DNA from: Candidatus Polarisedimenticolia bacterium
GTDB lineage: Bacteria > Acidobacteriota > Polarisedimenticolia > Gp22-AA2 > AA152
Direction: 5' to 3'
DNA length: 64,000 nt
NCBI GenBank assembly: GCA_036004685.1
Contig: DASYRE010000023.1
Coordinates: 4,305-68,304 of the forward strand
Both the position numbers and the translations under genes were made by a program. This document shows, piece after piece, positions 10,476 to 20,784 of this stretch (positions are counted from its first letter, which is position 1; each line of letters begins with the position of its first letter). A model generated the notes under the pieces. That model was not told the origin of the DNA. It was given only the letters and a program-made list of their open reading frames with translations, and did not search any database.

Positions 10476-11897
10476 TCAAGGCTGGGTCGTCCGGGTGGAT
10501 CCGAACTGGGAAAGCTCCGACTGGACCTTGGCCTCGTCACCCACCACCACGATCGTCTGGCTCCTGGAAGCATAGAAGTCCCGCCCAGCCTGCCGGATCT
10601 GCTCGACCGTGACGGCGTTCACTTTCCGCACGAAATCACCCAGCGCTTCCGGCGGCAGGCCATCTACCCAGTTGGTGGCCAGGGTCCCGGCGACGGCGCC
10701 CTGGATCTGGTTGCGCAGGAGGTAGAGGCCCCCCTGGTAGCGTTTCGCCTTGGCCACTTCCTCCGACGTCGGCACCGTGGCGCCCATCCGGTCGAGCTCA
10801 TAGAACATCTCCAACAGCGTGGCGGCGGTCACTTCATTGCGCACGTCGGCCCGCACCTGCAGGAGACCCCCCTCCTCGCGAGTCTGCACGCTGGAGTAGG
10901 CCCCATAGGAATATCCCTTGTCCTCCCGGATGTTGCGGGAGAGACGGCTCCCGAAGGCTCCGCCGAAAACGGTGTCGGCGACGAGCAGTGGGAAATACTC
11001 CGGGTCGGTCGCCGGCACCGTGGGCCGGCCGAGCATGATGAGCGACTGCACCGACCCGGGGCGGCTGACGACGAGGAGCTGCCGGGCCTTCGCCCCCGGT
11101 GAAGGCGGGGTCGGTGCGGGCGCCTCGCCCTGACCCTTCCAGCCGGCGAACACCTTGCCGATCGTCTTGCCGGTGGCGGCGGCGTCCAGGTCGCCCACAA
11201 CCACCAGGAGCGCCCGCTCTGGCCGGAACCGTCGCAAGAACTCGCGCTTCAGGATGCCGGGGGTGATCGCCGCGATCGTCTCGGGAGTGGCCGCGACGGT
11301 GCGGTAGGGGTGGTCATCGTAGACCGCCGCCGCAAAGGCCTTCTGGGCGAGGAACTCGGGAGTGGAGGCCTGGACCTCCAGGCCCTGCAGCGCGTTGGCT
11401 TTGGCAAGCTCGACTTCCTGGACCGGAAAGGAGGCGTTCCGCGCCACGTCCGCGAGAATCGTCAGCAACCGGGTGGAGCCGCTCGCGAGGCCTGCAACCG
11501 TGAGCTGGATCACGTCGGAGGTCGCATTGGTGGAGAGAGTGCCGCCGACCTCCTGCAGATCCTCGGCGATCTGCTTCGAGGTCCGAGCCGCCGTGCCCTC
11601 GTTCAGCGTGTCGGCGAGCGTGTCGGAGATCCCTTCCATCCCGCGCGGGTCGGAGGCCGTGCCGCCGCGCACCGTGAGGATCGCGGTGACCATGGGGAAA
11701 CCGGGGCGCTGGACCAGCCAGACCGTGAGCCCTTCCGGGAGCTTCGACGCCTTGATGGTGGGGACGGGCAGCGGCGAGTCGGGTCCGAAAGGCGGCAGCT
11801 CCTTGGGAAGTGGCTTCTCCTCACCGGCGAGGAGAATGGCCGGAAAAGCGGCCAGTGCGACCAACAGAACGGCAGGGACTAGAGCTGTCTTCTTCAT
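10476..11897 (-). CDS. M16 family peptidase, non-catalytic (inactive) subunit/domain partner
   Basis: 473 aa. Signal peptide MKKTALVPAVLLVALAAFPAILLAG. M16 fold blocks but no HxxEH zinc motif. 12 nt downstream of the active M16 gene on the same strand. Confidence 0.7.
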   Translation of the reverse strand: MKKTALVPAVLLVALAAFPAILLAGEEKPLPKELPPFGPDSPLPVPTIKASKLPEGLTVWLVQRPGFPMVTAILTVRGGTASDPRGMEGISDTLADTLNEGTAARTSKQIAEDLQEVGGTLSTNATSDVIQLTVAGLASGSTRLLTILADVARNASFPVQEVELAKANALQGLEVQASTPEFLAQKAFAAAVYDDHPYRTVAATPETIAAITPGILKREFLRRFRPERALLVVVGDLDAAATGKTIGKVFAGWKGQGEAPAPTPPSPGAKARQLLVVSRPGSVQSLIMLGRPTVPATDPEYFPLLVADTVFGGAFGSRLSRNIREDKGYSYGAYSSVQTREEGGLLQVRADVRNEVTAATLLEMFYELDRMGATVPTSEEVAKAKRYQGGLYLLRNQIQGAVAGTLATNWVDGLPPEALGDFVRKVNAVTVEQIRQAGRDFYASRSQTIVVVGDEAKVQSELSQFGSTRTTQP

Positions 11898-11909
11898 GGA
11901 CGTTGCCTC

Positions 11910-13310
11910 CTATCTCGGGTCGGCGGCAGGATCCGCGGCGGCGGTCTGCGGGGCCGGTTTGCGATCGACCACCGTCCGGTTGGCCGCCGTCAGATAGGTG
12001 GCCGCCACGCGCTGGAGGTCGGCCGAGGTCACCGTCTCGATCCGGCCGGGCAGCTCGTTGATGGACGCTGCGTTCCCGGTGAAGAGCTGGGCCAGGCAAA
12101 GGGCGGTGGAGCGGTTCAGGGGCAGCTCCAGCGTCGAGTAGAGATCGGCCGCCATCTTGGTCTTCGTCCGGGCCAGCTCGCCGGCCGGTACACCTTCCCG
12201 AGCCACCTTTTCGATCTCTCCGTTCATGGCGTCGACGACGGTCCGGGCGTCGGTGGTCGGTTTGTAGATGGCGAAGATGTCCAGCAGCGTCGGCCCGTTG
12301 TAGTCCCACGGCGTCCCGAGCGGCCAGTTGAGGCCTCCCTGGACGCTCAGGAGGATCTCTTTCCCTTTCACCAGCACCTGGTAGAAGCGGGAGGCTTCGC
12401 CGCCCACGAGCAAGTCGGCCAGGACGGCCGCGGGGACGTGGTCCCGGCTCCCGCGCGCCGGCATTTTCCAGGCCACCGCGATCCCCGGAACCCGGGCCAG
12501 GGGATCGGTCTGCTCCAGGGTCCGCTCGCCCTGGTTCATCGCCTCGGAGACGTCCGGAGGCTGCGGAGTCTGGCGCGCCGGAATTCCTCCAAAGTACTTC
12601 TCGACCTTTCCGAAAACCTCCGCCGGCTTGACGTCGCCCACGATGGCCAGAATGGCGTTGTTGGGCCCGTAGTAGCTCTTGAAGAACGCCTCGACGTCTG
12701 CGAGCTTCGCCGCGTCCAGATCCTCGAACGAGCCGTAACCGTCGTGCGAGTTCTCCCACTTGTCGAAGGCCTTGCCGGCCACGTCGGTCCAGAAGAAGAT
12801 GCCGTAGGGCCGGTTCTTGACGTTGACCCGGATTTCCTCCTTGACCACTTCCTGCTGGTTCTTGAGGTTCTTCTCGGAGAAATCCAGGGTCTTCATCCGA
12901 TCCGCCTCCAGCCACAGGATCGGATCCAGCGCCGAAACCGGCGCCGTCTCGATGTAGTTGGTGTAATCGTACCGGGTGGAGCCGTTGTTGACCCCGCCGC
13001 CGCCTTCGATCACCCGGTCGAAGACTCCCTTGGGGGCGTTGGGCGTTCCCTCGAACATCATGTGCTCGAAGAGATGGGCGAACCCCGTTCGCCCTTTCGG
13101 CTCGAGCCGGAACCCGATCCGGAATGCCAGGCAGAGACCGAAGGTCGGGGCGGAATGATCCTGTGAGACGACCACGGTCAGGCCGTTCGGAAACTTCTTG
13201 ACCTCGATGGGGATCTGCCAGCGTGCCGCGTGGGCCGCTGCCGGTCCCGCCGGGGCGAGAAGGACGCCGCCGAGCAGCAGGGGAAGTGCCAGCCAGGCTC
13301 TACGCATCAT
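11910..13310 (-). CDS. M16 family zinc peptidase (pitrilysin/insulinase-like), catalytic subunit
   Basis: Inverted zincin motif HxxEH present (GFAHLFEHMMFEGT) plus downstream E. Signal peptide MMRRAWLALPLLLGGVLLAPAGPAAAHA. ATG at 13310/13307 preceded by GGGAGG. ORF track start 13391 is probably too long. Confidence 0.75.
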   Translation of the reverse strand: MMRRAWLALPLLLGGVLLAPAGPAAAHAARWQIPIEVKKFPNGLTVVVSQDHSAPTFGLCLAFRIGFRLEPKGRTGFAHLFEHMMFEGTPNAPKGVFDRVIEGGGGVNNGSTRYDYTNYIETAPVSALDPILWLEADRMKTLDFSEKNLKNQQEVVKEEIRVNVKNRPYGIFFWTDVAGKAFDKWENSHDGYGSFEDLDAAKLADVEAFFKSYYGPNNAILAIVGDVKPAEVFGKVEKYFGGIPARQTPQPPDVSEAMNQGERTLEQTDPLARVPGIAVAWKMPARGSRDHVPAAVLADLLVGGEASRFYQVLVKGKEILLSVQGGLNWPLGTPWDYNGPTLLDIFAIYKPTTDARTVVDAMNGEIEKVAREGVPAGELARTKTKMAADLYSTLELPLNRSTALCLAQLFTGNAASINELPGRIETVTSADLQRVAATYLTAANRTVVDRKPAPQTAAADPAADPR

Positions 13311-13677
13311 GCCTCCCTGAGAAAAGCTTCGCCGATTCGTCAGCAAGTACGTCCCGAGATTCCGAAAGTTGCATGCATGACGACATCCCAATCGTTCAGA
13401 TCTGGAACATGGCTGGAAAACCCCCGAGGCCCCCTCCCGGGGAAATAGACGCCCGGGGGAGAGAACATCCGACCGTGAGAGCCGTATACGACACCGATCC
13501 GTTCAAGGCGCCGGAGATCCGTTCAAGGCACGCGGCGCGGCGCGCGGTGGGATCCTGCCGATCGCCCGGCCGTCACTCTCTCAAGGAGAGCCATTCCCGA
13601 TGCTCTACCCTCGATGTCCTGGTCGCGCCGTCCTCCTCCCCCGACTCGCCCGTCCCTGCGAAGGGGAGGCCGGGATC

Positions 13678-14871
13678 GTGACCTTCCTTCGCAGGAGCGC
13701 GTTCCCTCTCGGGCTCGGGCTGGTGCTCGCGGCTTCCGGGGCGGCGGTTCCAGCCGTCAGCTCGCCGCCGTCGACGCCGGAACTCCGCGTGACGCTCGTC
13801 AGGCCCCTGCCCGGCAGTCTGTCCGACTCCGGCGTAGCGGCCGTTCCCCTCGACGATGGTCTTCTGATCTCAGGATTCTCGGACGCCGGCGGCGTCGACT
13901 CAGGTCTCCTGCTGCGAGTCAGCGCCACGGGGGACGAGATCTGGCGGCGTGCCCTCCCGAGCGGAGGGGACGGTGCGATCTGGTGTCTCCGGGCGATCGG
14001 AGACGGCACGTTTGCGGGTGCCGGATGGGTGAAATCGTCCGCGGGGGATCTCGATGCGACGTTGATCCGCTTCGACGCGGCCGGGAAAGTGATCTGGCAG
14101 ACGTCCTACCCCGGACCTCATAAGGAGCGCCTCTGGTCGCTGGAGGTCGTGCCCCAGGGACTATTGGCCGCCGGTGAGGCGCTCGAGGCGGACGGGACGT
14201 CGAAAGCCCTCGTGATCCGGGCCGATCTCGACGGAAAGGAGATCGCGCGCGTCTCGACCGGGGGAGCGCCGGTGGAGCGCGTCTTCTCGATCCAGGCGCT
14301 GGCCGATGGCGGCTACGTGCTCGCGGGTCTGAGCGGGGGCGGCCCGCGTGAAGGGCCCGGGTACGACGCGAAGATCGCCCGCTACGATGCGGCCGGCAAG
14401 CCGATCTGGTCCTGCGTGTGGGGAGGGCCGGGGTTCGACGTGGGACACGACGTCCGGCGCCTCGAGGGCGGGGGATTCCTGGCAACGGGATACACGGATG
14501 CCGGCGCCGGGCGAGGCACCGACGTTTTCCTGCTCAAGCTGTCGGCCGAGGGGAACGTCGTCTGGTCGCGCACGTACGGCGGACCTCGTGACGACCGTGC
14601 GGTTCACCTGGCGCTCTTGCCCGGCGGCGGCGCAGCCATTGCCGGCTACGCGCAATCCGCTTCGGGCGATTGGGACATCGTCGCGCGAGGGACGTCCGGT
14701 GACGGCGAGGAGCTCTGGGCGCGGCGGTTCGGAGGAGCCGGGAACGAGCTGGGCCGGACGGTCGCCGCCACCGGCGACGGCGGCCTGATCGTCGTGGGTC
14801 ACTCGCAGAGCTACGGCCCGCTCGAGCGGATCCTCCTCGTCCGGCTGCATCCTGGGCGCGCCTCGCGCTGA
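13678..14871 (+). CDS. SBBP-type beta-propeller repeat protein (secreted)
   Basis: GTG at 13678 preceded by GGGGAGG (7-nt spacing). Signal peptide VTFLRRSAFPLGLGLVLAASGAA. Six-plus repeats of ~50 aa with G.T.s.G..D..l.k....G..vW..tYGG..d.g pattern (e.g. GYTDAGAGRGTDVFLLKLSAEGNVVWSRTYGGPRDD), as in PF06739-like repeats. Confidence 0.55.
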   Translation: MTFLRRSAFPLGLGLVLAASGAAVPAVSSPPSTPELRVTLVRPLPGSLSDSGVAAVPLDDGLLISGFSDAGGVDSGLLLRVSATGDEIWRRALPSGGDGAIWCLRAIGDGTFAGAGWVKSSAGDLDATLIRFDAAGKVIWQTSYPGPHKERLWSLEVVPQGLLAAGEALEADGTSKALVIRADLDGKEIARVSTGGAPVERVFSIQALADGGYVLAGLSGGGPREGPGYDAKIARYDAAGKPIWSCVWGGPGFDVGHDVRRLEGGGFLATGYTDAGAGRGTDVFLLKLSAEGNVVWSRTYGGPRDDRAVHLALLPGGGAAIAGYAQSASGDWDIVARGTSGDGEELWARRFGGAGNELGRTVAATGDGGLIVVGHSQSYGPLERILLVRLHPGRASR

Positions 14872-15009
14872 CGCCCCTCGCTCCGGCCCGAGTCCAGCTC
14901 TCCGGGGAGCAACGCCAGCCCGGCGTCCATCCCATCGCGGAACCCCCGGCCGCGGTGCGCTTGATCGGCAAACCCCGCCTGGAGAGCGATGTCGGCGAGC
15001 GCCGCCGCC

Positions 15010-15630
15010 TCACCAGGGCTTGGCAGCTTCCCGCCGCTTCAGGATCCCGTTGACGAGATCTTCCGCCAGGCCGGTGATGGCGGCCAGGCGCGGGATCGGA
15101 AGGTCGGGATGGGAGAGGACGAACTCCTCCTTCTCCTTGTAGCCGGGGGTTTCCTTGAGATAGAAGAGCCGCTCGAGCAGAGCGGTGATTTCGGAGCGCT
15201 GCGCGTCCGGGTCGTCCTTGCCGGCGCGAACCTCGAGGAGAACGTTCGTGCTCAGGTCGCGGGCGAAATTTCCCAGGGTGGTGTCGCGGTCGGGACCGAC
15301 GGGGAGCGGCGCCGCGGGGACGGAGCCCCGGATCTGCCGCGCGTCGTTCCGGCTGCGGTAGATGGTCAGCCTCACTTCCTTCCCGCCTTCGTTGGAGACA
15401 CGATCGAGGTACACCGTCTCCAGCTGGTAGAAGATGATGGGCAGCTCCCGCCCCCGATAGTGAATCCCTTGCTCGTTGACGACGTTGAAGGCGGCGAAGT
15501 AATCGGTGCCGCGCAGATCCATGCGAAGCTGATAGGTGTGGCCCGCGTACTCCGATTGCAGGTCCCGCACGACGCCCCGCTTGACCGCGAGCGCGGCTTG
15601 CGGAAAGAGGGCCAGCAGGCCGAGAGCCAT
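15010..15630 (-). CDS. Hypothetical secreted protein (downstream of REC-PilZ gene)
   Basis: High GC3. Signal-like MALGLLALFPQAALAVKRG if ATG at 15630 is used. Alternatively a TTG at 15717 overlapping the upstream stop (TTGA). No recognisable domain. Confidence 0.45.
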   Translation of the reverse strand: MALGLLALFPQAALAVKRGVVRDLQSEYAGHTYQLRMDLRGTDYFAAFNVVNEQGIHYRGRELPIIFYQLETVYLDRVSNEGGKEVRLTIYRSRNDARQIRGSVPAAPLPVGPDRDTTLGNFARDLSTNVLLEVRAGKDDPDAQRSEITALLERLFYLKETPGYKEKEEFVLSHPDLPIPRLAAITGLAEDLVNGILKRREAAKPW

Positions 15631-15713
15631 CGTGACGAGTCGAGCGGCGGTGCCCAAGGGCGTCCCCGGATGAGGTGATGAAGACCCGCCGATTATAGCC
15701 TGGGATTCGGGGC

Positions 15714-16433
15714 TCAAGAGCGCGGCGAGGAGCGCTGGATCTGGAGGACCTTCTCGATGCGGTCGACCGACTCCACGGGAAGCGTCAGGAATTGGATCCC
15801 GACGTCGTATTCCCCTTCCTCCGTGGGACTGGTTCGCCGAATCCTTCCCTGCGCCATGATCGAGCGCCGCCCTTTGTCGGGGTTGAACCGGAGGTTCACG
15901 AAGAAGCCGACCCGCAGAGGGGTCGGCGTGCGGACCAGCATCCCGCCGCTGCTGAGATCCATCGAGCGGCCGAGAACCTCGGACTTGACCGTCCCGTAGG
16001 AGATGGAGAGGACGACCGACAGGCGCTCCTCCTGGCGCTGGGCCACACCGAGATACTCGGCGACCCGCGGCAGAAGGCGCGAGAAATCAACGGGGGCCGG
16101 GCTGAAGAGGCTGCAGCCGGACTTCCGGCACGACACCTCGATCCTCGGCGGCTCCGGAGGCCCCACGATGATGACCGGGACCTTGACGAGCCGCTTGTCG
16201 GCCCGAAGCCTCCGGCACACCTGATCGCCCTTCATGACGGGCATCGAGTATTCGAGGAGAAGAAGACCAGGGTCCGAGGTCCCCGCGAGGGTGAGGACCT
16301 CGGACCCGGTGCGCGCCGACAAAAGGCGGATCGAGGTCCGCCTGAGGAAGGTCGGCGCCGGACCAAGGCTCGATAGGATTCCTTCCGTGATGATTAGAGT
16401 CCGACCGTTGGCCGGGCCCTCGCTCTCGGCCAT
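15714..16433 (-). CDS. Degenerate receiver (pseudo-REC) domain fused to a canonical c-di-GMP-binding PilZ domain
   Basis: ATG at 16433. Region 16434-16634 of the longer ORF has poor GC3 and is probably leader. REC fold recognisable, but the acidic pocket reads LIITEG (not DD) and the phospho-acceptor position reads LLLLEYSMPVMKG (Glu for Asp); conserved T/K positions also missing. C-terminal PilZ has RxxxR (RQEER) and DxSxGG (DLSSGGM) motifs. Confidence 0.7.
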   Translation of the reverse strand: MAESEGPANGRTLIITEGILSSLGPAPTFLRRTSIRLLSARTGSEVLTLAGTSDPGLLLLEYSMPVMKGDQVCRRLRADKRLVKVPVIIVGPPEPPRIEVSCRKSGCSLFSPAPVDFSRLLPRVAEYLGVAQRQEERLSVVLSISYGTVKSEVLGRSMDLSSGGMLVRTPTPLRVGFFVNLRFNPDKGRRSIMAQGRIRRTSPTEEGEYDVGIQFLTLPVESVDRIEKVLQIQRSSPRS

Positions 16434-16893
16434 GATGGTTTGCCTCGCGACGATCGCTTTCAGCAAAGGGCAGGCCAGCCACGGCCGATCAAGCGAAACT
16501 GCCTGAACTTCAAGCAGATAGAGAAAATGATCCGAGCTAAGGCAGGAAGGCAGGAGGGTGTCGGAGCCGATTCCGGCGAAGCGTCGCGCCGCGGAGCGCG
16601 GGAGGTCTTCTCGAAGCTTTCCTTTATCAATCACTTAGAGCATCCGTCTCACGCGGCGCGCTGAGACGCTCGTGAGACGCTCCGCACGTAACGTATACTC
16701 CACAAGGATTTGCCGGCATTCGCATGATCGCCTGATGAAGGAATCCGTCTCAGCAGCGGACGCCGGGCCTCGGAATGCGGCTCTACTTATTAATACGCCC
16801 GCCGCAGCGGTCGATCGGGAAGGGCGATGAAGGCGGCGGTCCGGCGGAAGCCGAGGCGCACGAGGGAAAGGTGATGCTTGGGGCGGAGGTCGA

Positions 16894-17415
16894 TCAGCGC
16901 GGAGCGGTGATGACGATGTGCGTGGGCGTTCCGTCGGGCTGGAAGCTGAACTCGATGCCGCTGTCGTAGCGGTACCAGCGATCGGCGTCGGCCCCGATGC
17001 CGCGCGAGCTGGGCTCGCCGAAAGCATGGAGGATTTCGCTCCGCTTGGAAGAGAGAGTGAGGTCGCCGTTCATCCGTCCCGGATACTCGCGATGGTCGTC
17101 CGTTCCCTCGTGATAGAGGAAGATGCTCTTGACCTTCCCTTCTTCCAGAAGGACGTCCAATCCGCGCGCGGGATAGAGAAGGTAGGCGGTCTCCTTCCGC
17201 TTCTCCCCGCTCACGCCGCTCGCGGTTTCCTGCTCGGGCTTCCCGAGCGCCTTTTCCACCGTGCTGCGGCTGTCCCCCAGCTTGATGCCGGCGGCGCCCA
17301 CGCCCGGCCGGATGTCGCCGCCGTACCGGCAGGCGGTCGCGAGACCGGACAGAGTCACGGCCAAGGACAGCGTCCGAAGCAATGTCGTCCGCGAGGGGCG
17401 AGCCCGATGAAGCAT
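16894..17415 (-). CDS. Hypothetical lipoprotein
   Basis: ATG at 17415 preceded by GGAGG. Signal peptide with lipobox-like LATAC (MLHRARPSRTTLLRTLSLAVTLSGLATACRYG). No known domain. Longer ORF start 17544 rejected (no RBS, overlaps tig promoter). Confidence 0.5.
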   Translation of the reverse strand: MLHRARPSRTTLLRTLSLAVTLSGLATACRYGGDIRPGVGAAGIKLGDSRSTVEKALGKPEQETASGVSGEKRKETAYLLYPARGLDVLLEEGKVKSIFLYHEGTDDHREYPGRMNGDLTLSSKRSEILHAFGEPSSRGIGADADRWYRYDSGIEFSFQPDGTPTHIVITAPR

Positions 17416-17525
17416 CCAGACCTCCAACGTCGATTGAATGAGCGTCATCTTATAGCACACCGCGCCCCGCGGGGGCAAAGCCGGAGAGGGACCTCCGCGA
17501 ACCCGGGATGCGCGCCGTCCGGGGT

Positions 17526-17554
17526 TTGCACCCCCGTGGAACATCTGCTAGCAT
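17526..17554 (+). promoter_or_regulatory. Putative sigma70-type promoter of the tig-clpP-clpX-lon operon (-35 TTGCAC, 17-nt spacer, -10 TAGCAT)
   Basis: TTGCAC 17526-17531 and TAGCAT 17549-17554, ~80 nt upstream of tig ATG (17637). Confidence 0.35.
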
Positions 17555-17636
17555 CCGAAGCCTCTCCGGAGTGATGCGTCCGGGACCTCCCCACGAACAA
17601 AAGCCGAGGCCCTCCCAGCACAGTCAGGGGCGCGCG

Positions 17637-18920
17637 ATGAAGGTGACGATCAACGAGCTCAACAGCGTGAAGCGCGGGATGGAGGTGGAGATTCCTCCCG
17701 AGGTCGTCGCCACGGAGATGGAGAAGGCCTACGAGACCTATCGGCGCAGCGCGCGGATTCCCGGGTTCCGGAAGGGGAAGATCCCGTTGTCGATCGTGAA
17801 GCAGCGTTACGGCAAGCAGGTGGAAGGCGAGGTTCTTTCCAACCTCATCGAGGAATTCGCCCACCGGGCGCTGGATGAGAAGAAGATCCAGCCGGTCCAC
17901 CGGCCCGTCCTGGATCAATATGACTACCGGCAGGGCGAGCCGCTGGTCTTCCGGACCACGTTCGAGGTGAAACCCGCGCTCGAGATCCGCGATTACCGGG
18001 GTCTTCCGATCGCCCGCCGCGAGGTCGCCGTCACCGACGCCATGGTCGAGGAAAGCCTCCAGGCCCTGCGCGAGCGCGCCGCCAAGTATTCGACCCTGGC
18101 CGATCGGAAGGCCGAGAACGGCGACGTCGTCGTCGGCGCGCTCTCGGGCCGGTTCGTGGAGGGGAAGGGAAAGGACTTCACGGGCGAAGCGGTGACCATG
18201 CGCGTGGGCTCGGACGACAACCACCCCGATTTCAACGCCGCGCTCCTCGGCCTCGCCGCCGGCGAGACGCGCACCTTCGACGTCAAATACCCGGACGACT
18301 ACCCTTCGGGGGTCCTCGCCGGCCGGCGGGTGGAATACTCCCTGGCCGCCCGGGAGGTGAAGGTCCGGGAGGTCCCCGCTCTGGACGACGAGCTGGCCAA
18401 GGAGCTGGGGGAGTTCCAGACTCTCGAGGAGCTCCGGAGCCACGTCCGGGAGGAGCTCCTGCGGCGGGAGTCGGCGGCGGAGGAGACGGAAGCCAAGGAC
18501 AAAATCCTGACGATCCTCGTCGATAAGCACGATTTTGAGGTTCCGGACGCGCTCGTCGAGGCTCAGCTCGACCGCCAGGTCGAGGATCTGGTCCGGCACC
18601 TTCTCCTCCAGGGGATCGATCCGCAGCATTCCGACGTCAACTGGAAGGAAGAGCGCGAAAAGGGGCGGCCCGCGGCAGTCAAGCGCGTCCGCGCGATGCT
18701 CATTCTGGAAAACATCGCGGCGGCGGAGTCGCTTTCCCCGGCGAGCGACGCGGTGAACGAGCGCTTGCGCCACGAAGCGAAGCGTCAAAACGTCAGCGTC
18801 GCGGATTTGAAAGAGCAACTCGCGCGAAAAGGCCATCTGGAGGGGCTTGAAAGGCAGTTGCAGAGGGAAATGGCGCTTGACTTTTTGTTGGTTCACGCTA
18901 CTATTAGTCGGGAGGGTTAG
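17637..18920 (+). CDS. tig: Trigger factor (ribosome-associated peptidyl-prolyl isomerase/chaperone)
   Basis: 427 aa. N-terminal ribosome-binding domain with GFRKGK signature ([10 protein letters not shown]), central FKBP-like domain, C-terminal arm. Conserved position immediately upstream of clpP-clpX. Confidence 0.9.
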   Translation: MKVTINELNSVKRGMEVEIPPEVVATEMEKAYETYRRSARIPGFRKGKIPLSIVKQRYGKQVEGEVLSNLIEEFAHRALDEKKIQPVHRPVLDQYDYRQGEPLVFRTTFEVKPALEIRDYRGLPIARREVAVTDAMVEESLQALRERAAKYSTLADRKAENGDVVVGALSGRFVEGKGKDFTGEAVTMRVGSDDNHPDFNAALLGLAAGETRTFDVKYPDDYPSGVLAGRRVEYSLAAREVKVREVPALDDELAKELGEFQTLEELRSHVREELLRRESAAEETEAKDKILTILVDKHDFEVPDALVEAQLDRQVEDLVRHLLLQGIDPQHSDVNWKEEREKGRPAAVKRVRAMLILENIAAAESLSPASDAVNERLRHEAKRQNVSVADLKEQLARKGHLEGLERQLQREMALDFLLVHATISREG

Positions 18921-18924
18921 CTCA

Positions 18925-19509
18925 ATGCCGCTTGTGCCGATGGTTGTTGAGCAAACCAACCGGGGCGAGAGAGCCTACGACATCTACTCGCGATTGCTCA
19001 AAGACAACATCGTATTCATCGGCAGCGGGATTGACGACAGTCTCTCGAACCTGGTAATTGCTCAGCTCCTGTACCTGGAAGCGGAAGACCCCGAGAAAGA
19101 CATACACCTTTACATCAATAGCCCGGGCGGATCGGTGACGGCCGGTCTGGCCATATACGACACGATGCAGTTCATCAAGCCGGACGTGTCGACGATCTGC
19201 ATCGGCCAGGCGGCGAGCATGGCGGCGGTCCTGCTTGGGGCCGGCACGACGAAGAAGCGCTTCGCGCTCCCGAACTCGAGGATCCTGCTGCACCAGCCGA
19301 TGGGGGACTTCTCGGGCCAGGCCACCGACGTGGACATCCACGCCAAGGAAATATTGCGGATTCGGGAACGGTTGAACGATATCATCCGGATTCACACGGG
19401 CCAGACGAAGGAGAAGATCGAGCGGGACACGGATCGGGACTACATCATGACGGCGGCCCAGGGTCTGGAGTACGGAATCATCGACCAGGTGATCGCGAAG
19501 CGGGACTGA
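18925..19509 (+). CDS. clpP: ATP-dependent Clp protease proteolytic subunit
   Basis: 194 aa. Catalytic triad context GQAASMAA (Ser), …LLHQP…(His), …D…; [17 protein letters not shown] block. RBS GGGAGGG upstream. Starts 5 nt after tig stop. Confidence 0.95.
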   Translation: MPLVPMVVEQTNRGERAYDIYSRLLKDNIVFIGSGIDDSLSNLVIAQLLYLEAEDPEKDIHLYINSPGGSVTAGLAIYDTMQFIKPDVSTICIGQAASMAAVLLGAGTTKKRFALPNSRILLHQPMGDFSGQATDVDIHAKEILRIRERLNDIIRIHTGQTKEKIERDTDRDYIMTAAQGLEYGIIDQVIAKRD

Positions 19510-19539
19510 ACGGGACCCAAGGAGAAGCGGAGAAGGCGG

Positions 19540-20778
<1,239 letters not shown>

Positions 20779-20784
20779 AAACCG

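Noticed and set aside
17445-18959. 504-aa minus-strand ORF
   Set aside because: Antisense to tig.
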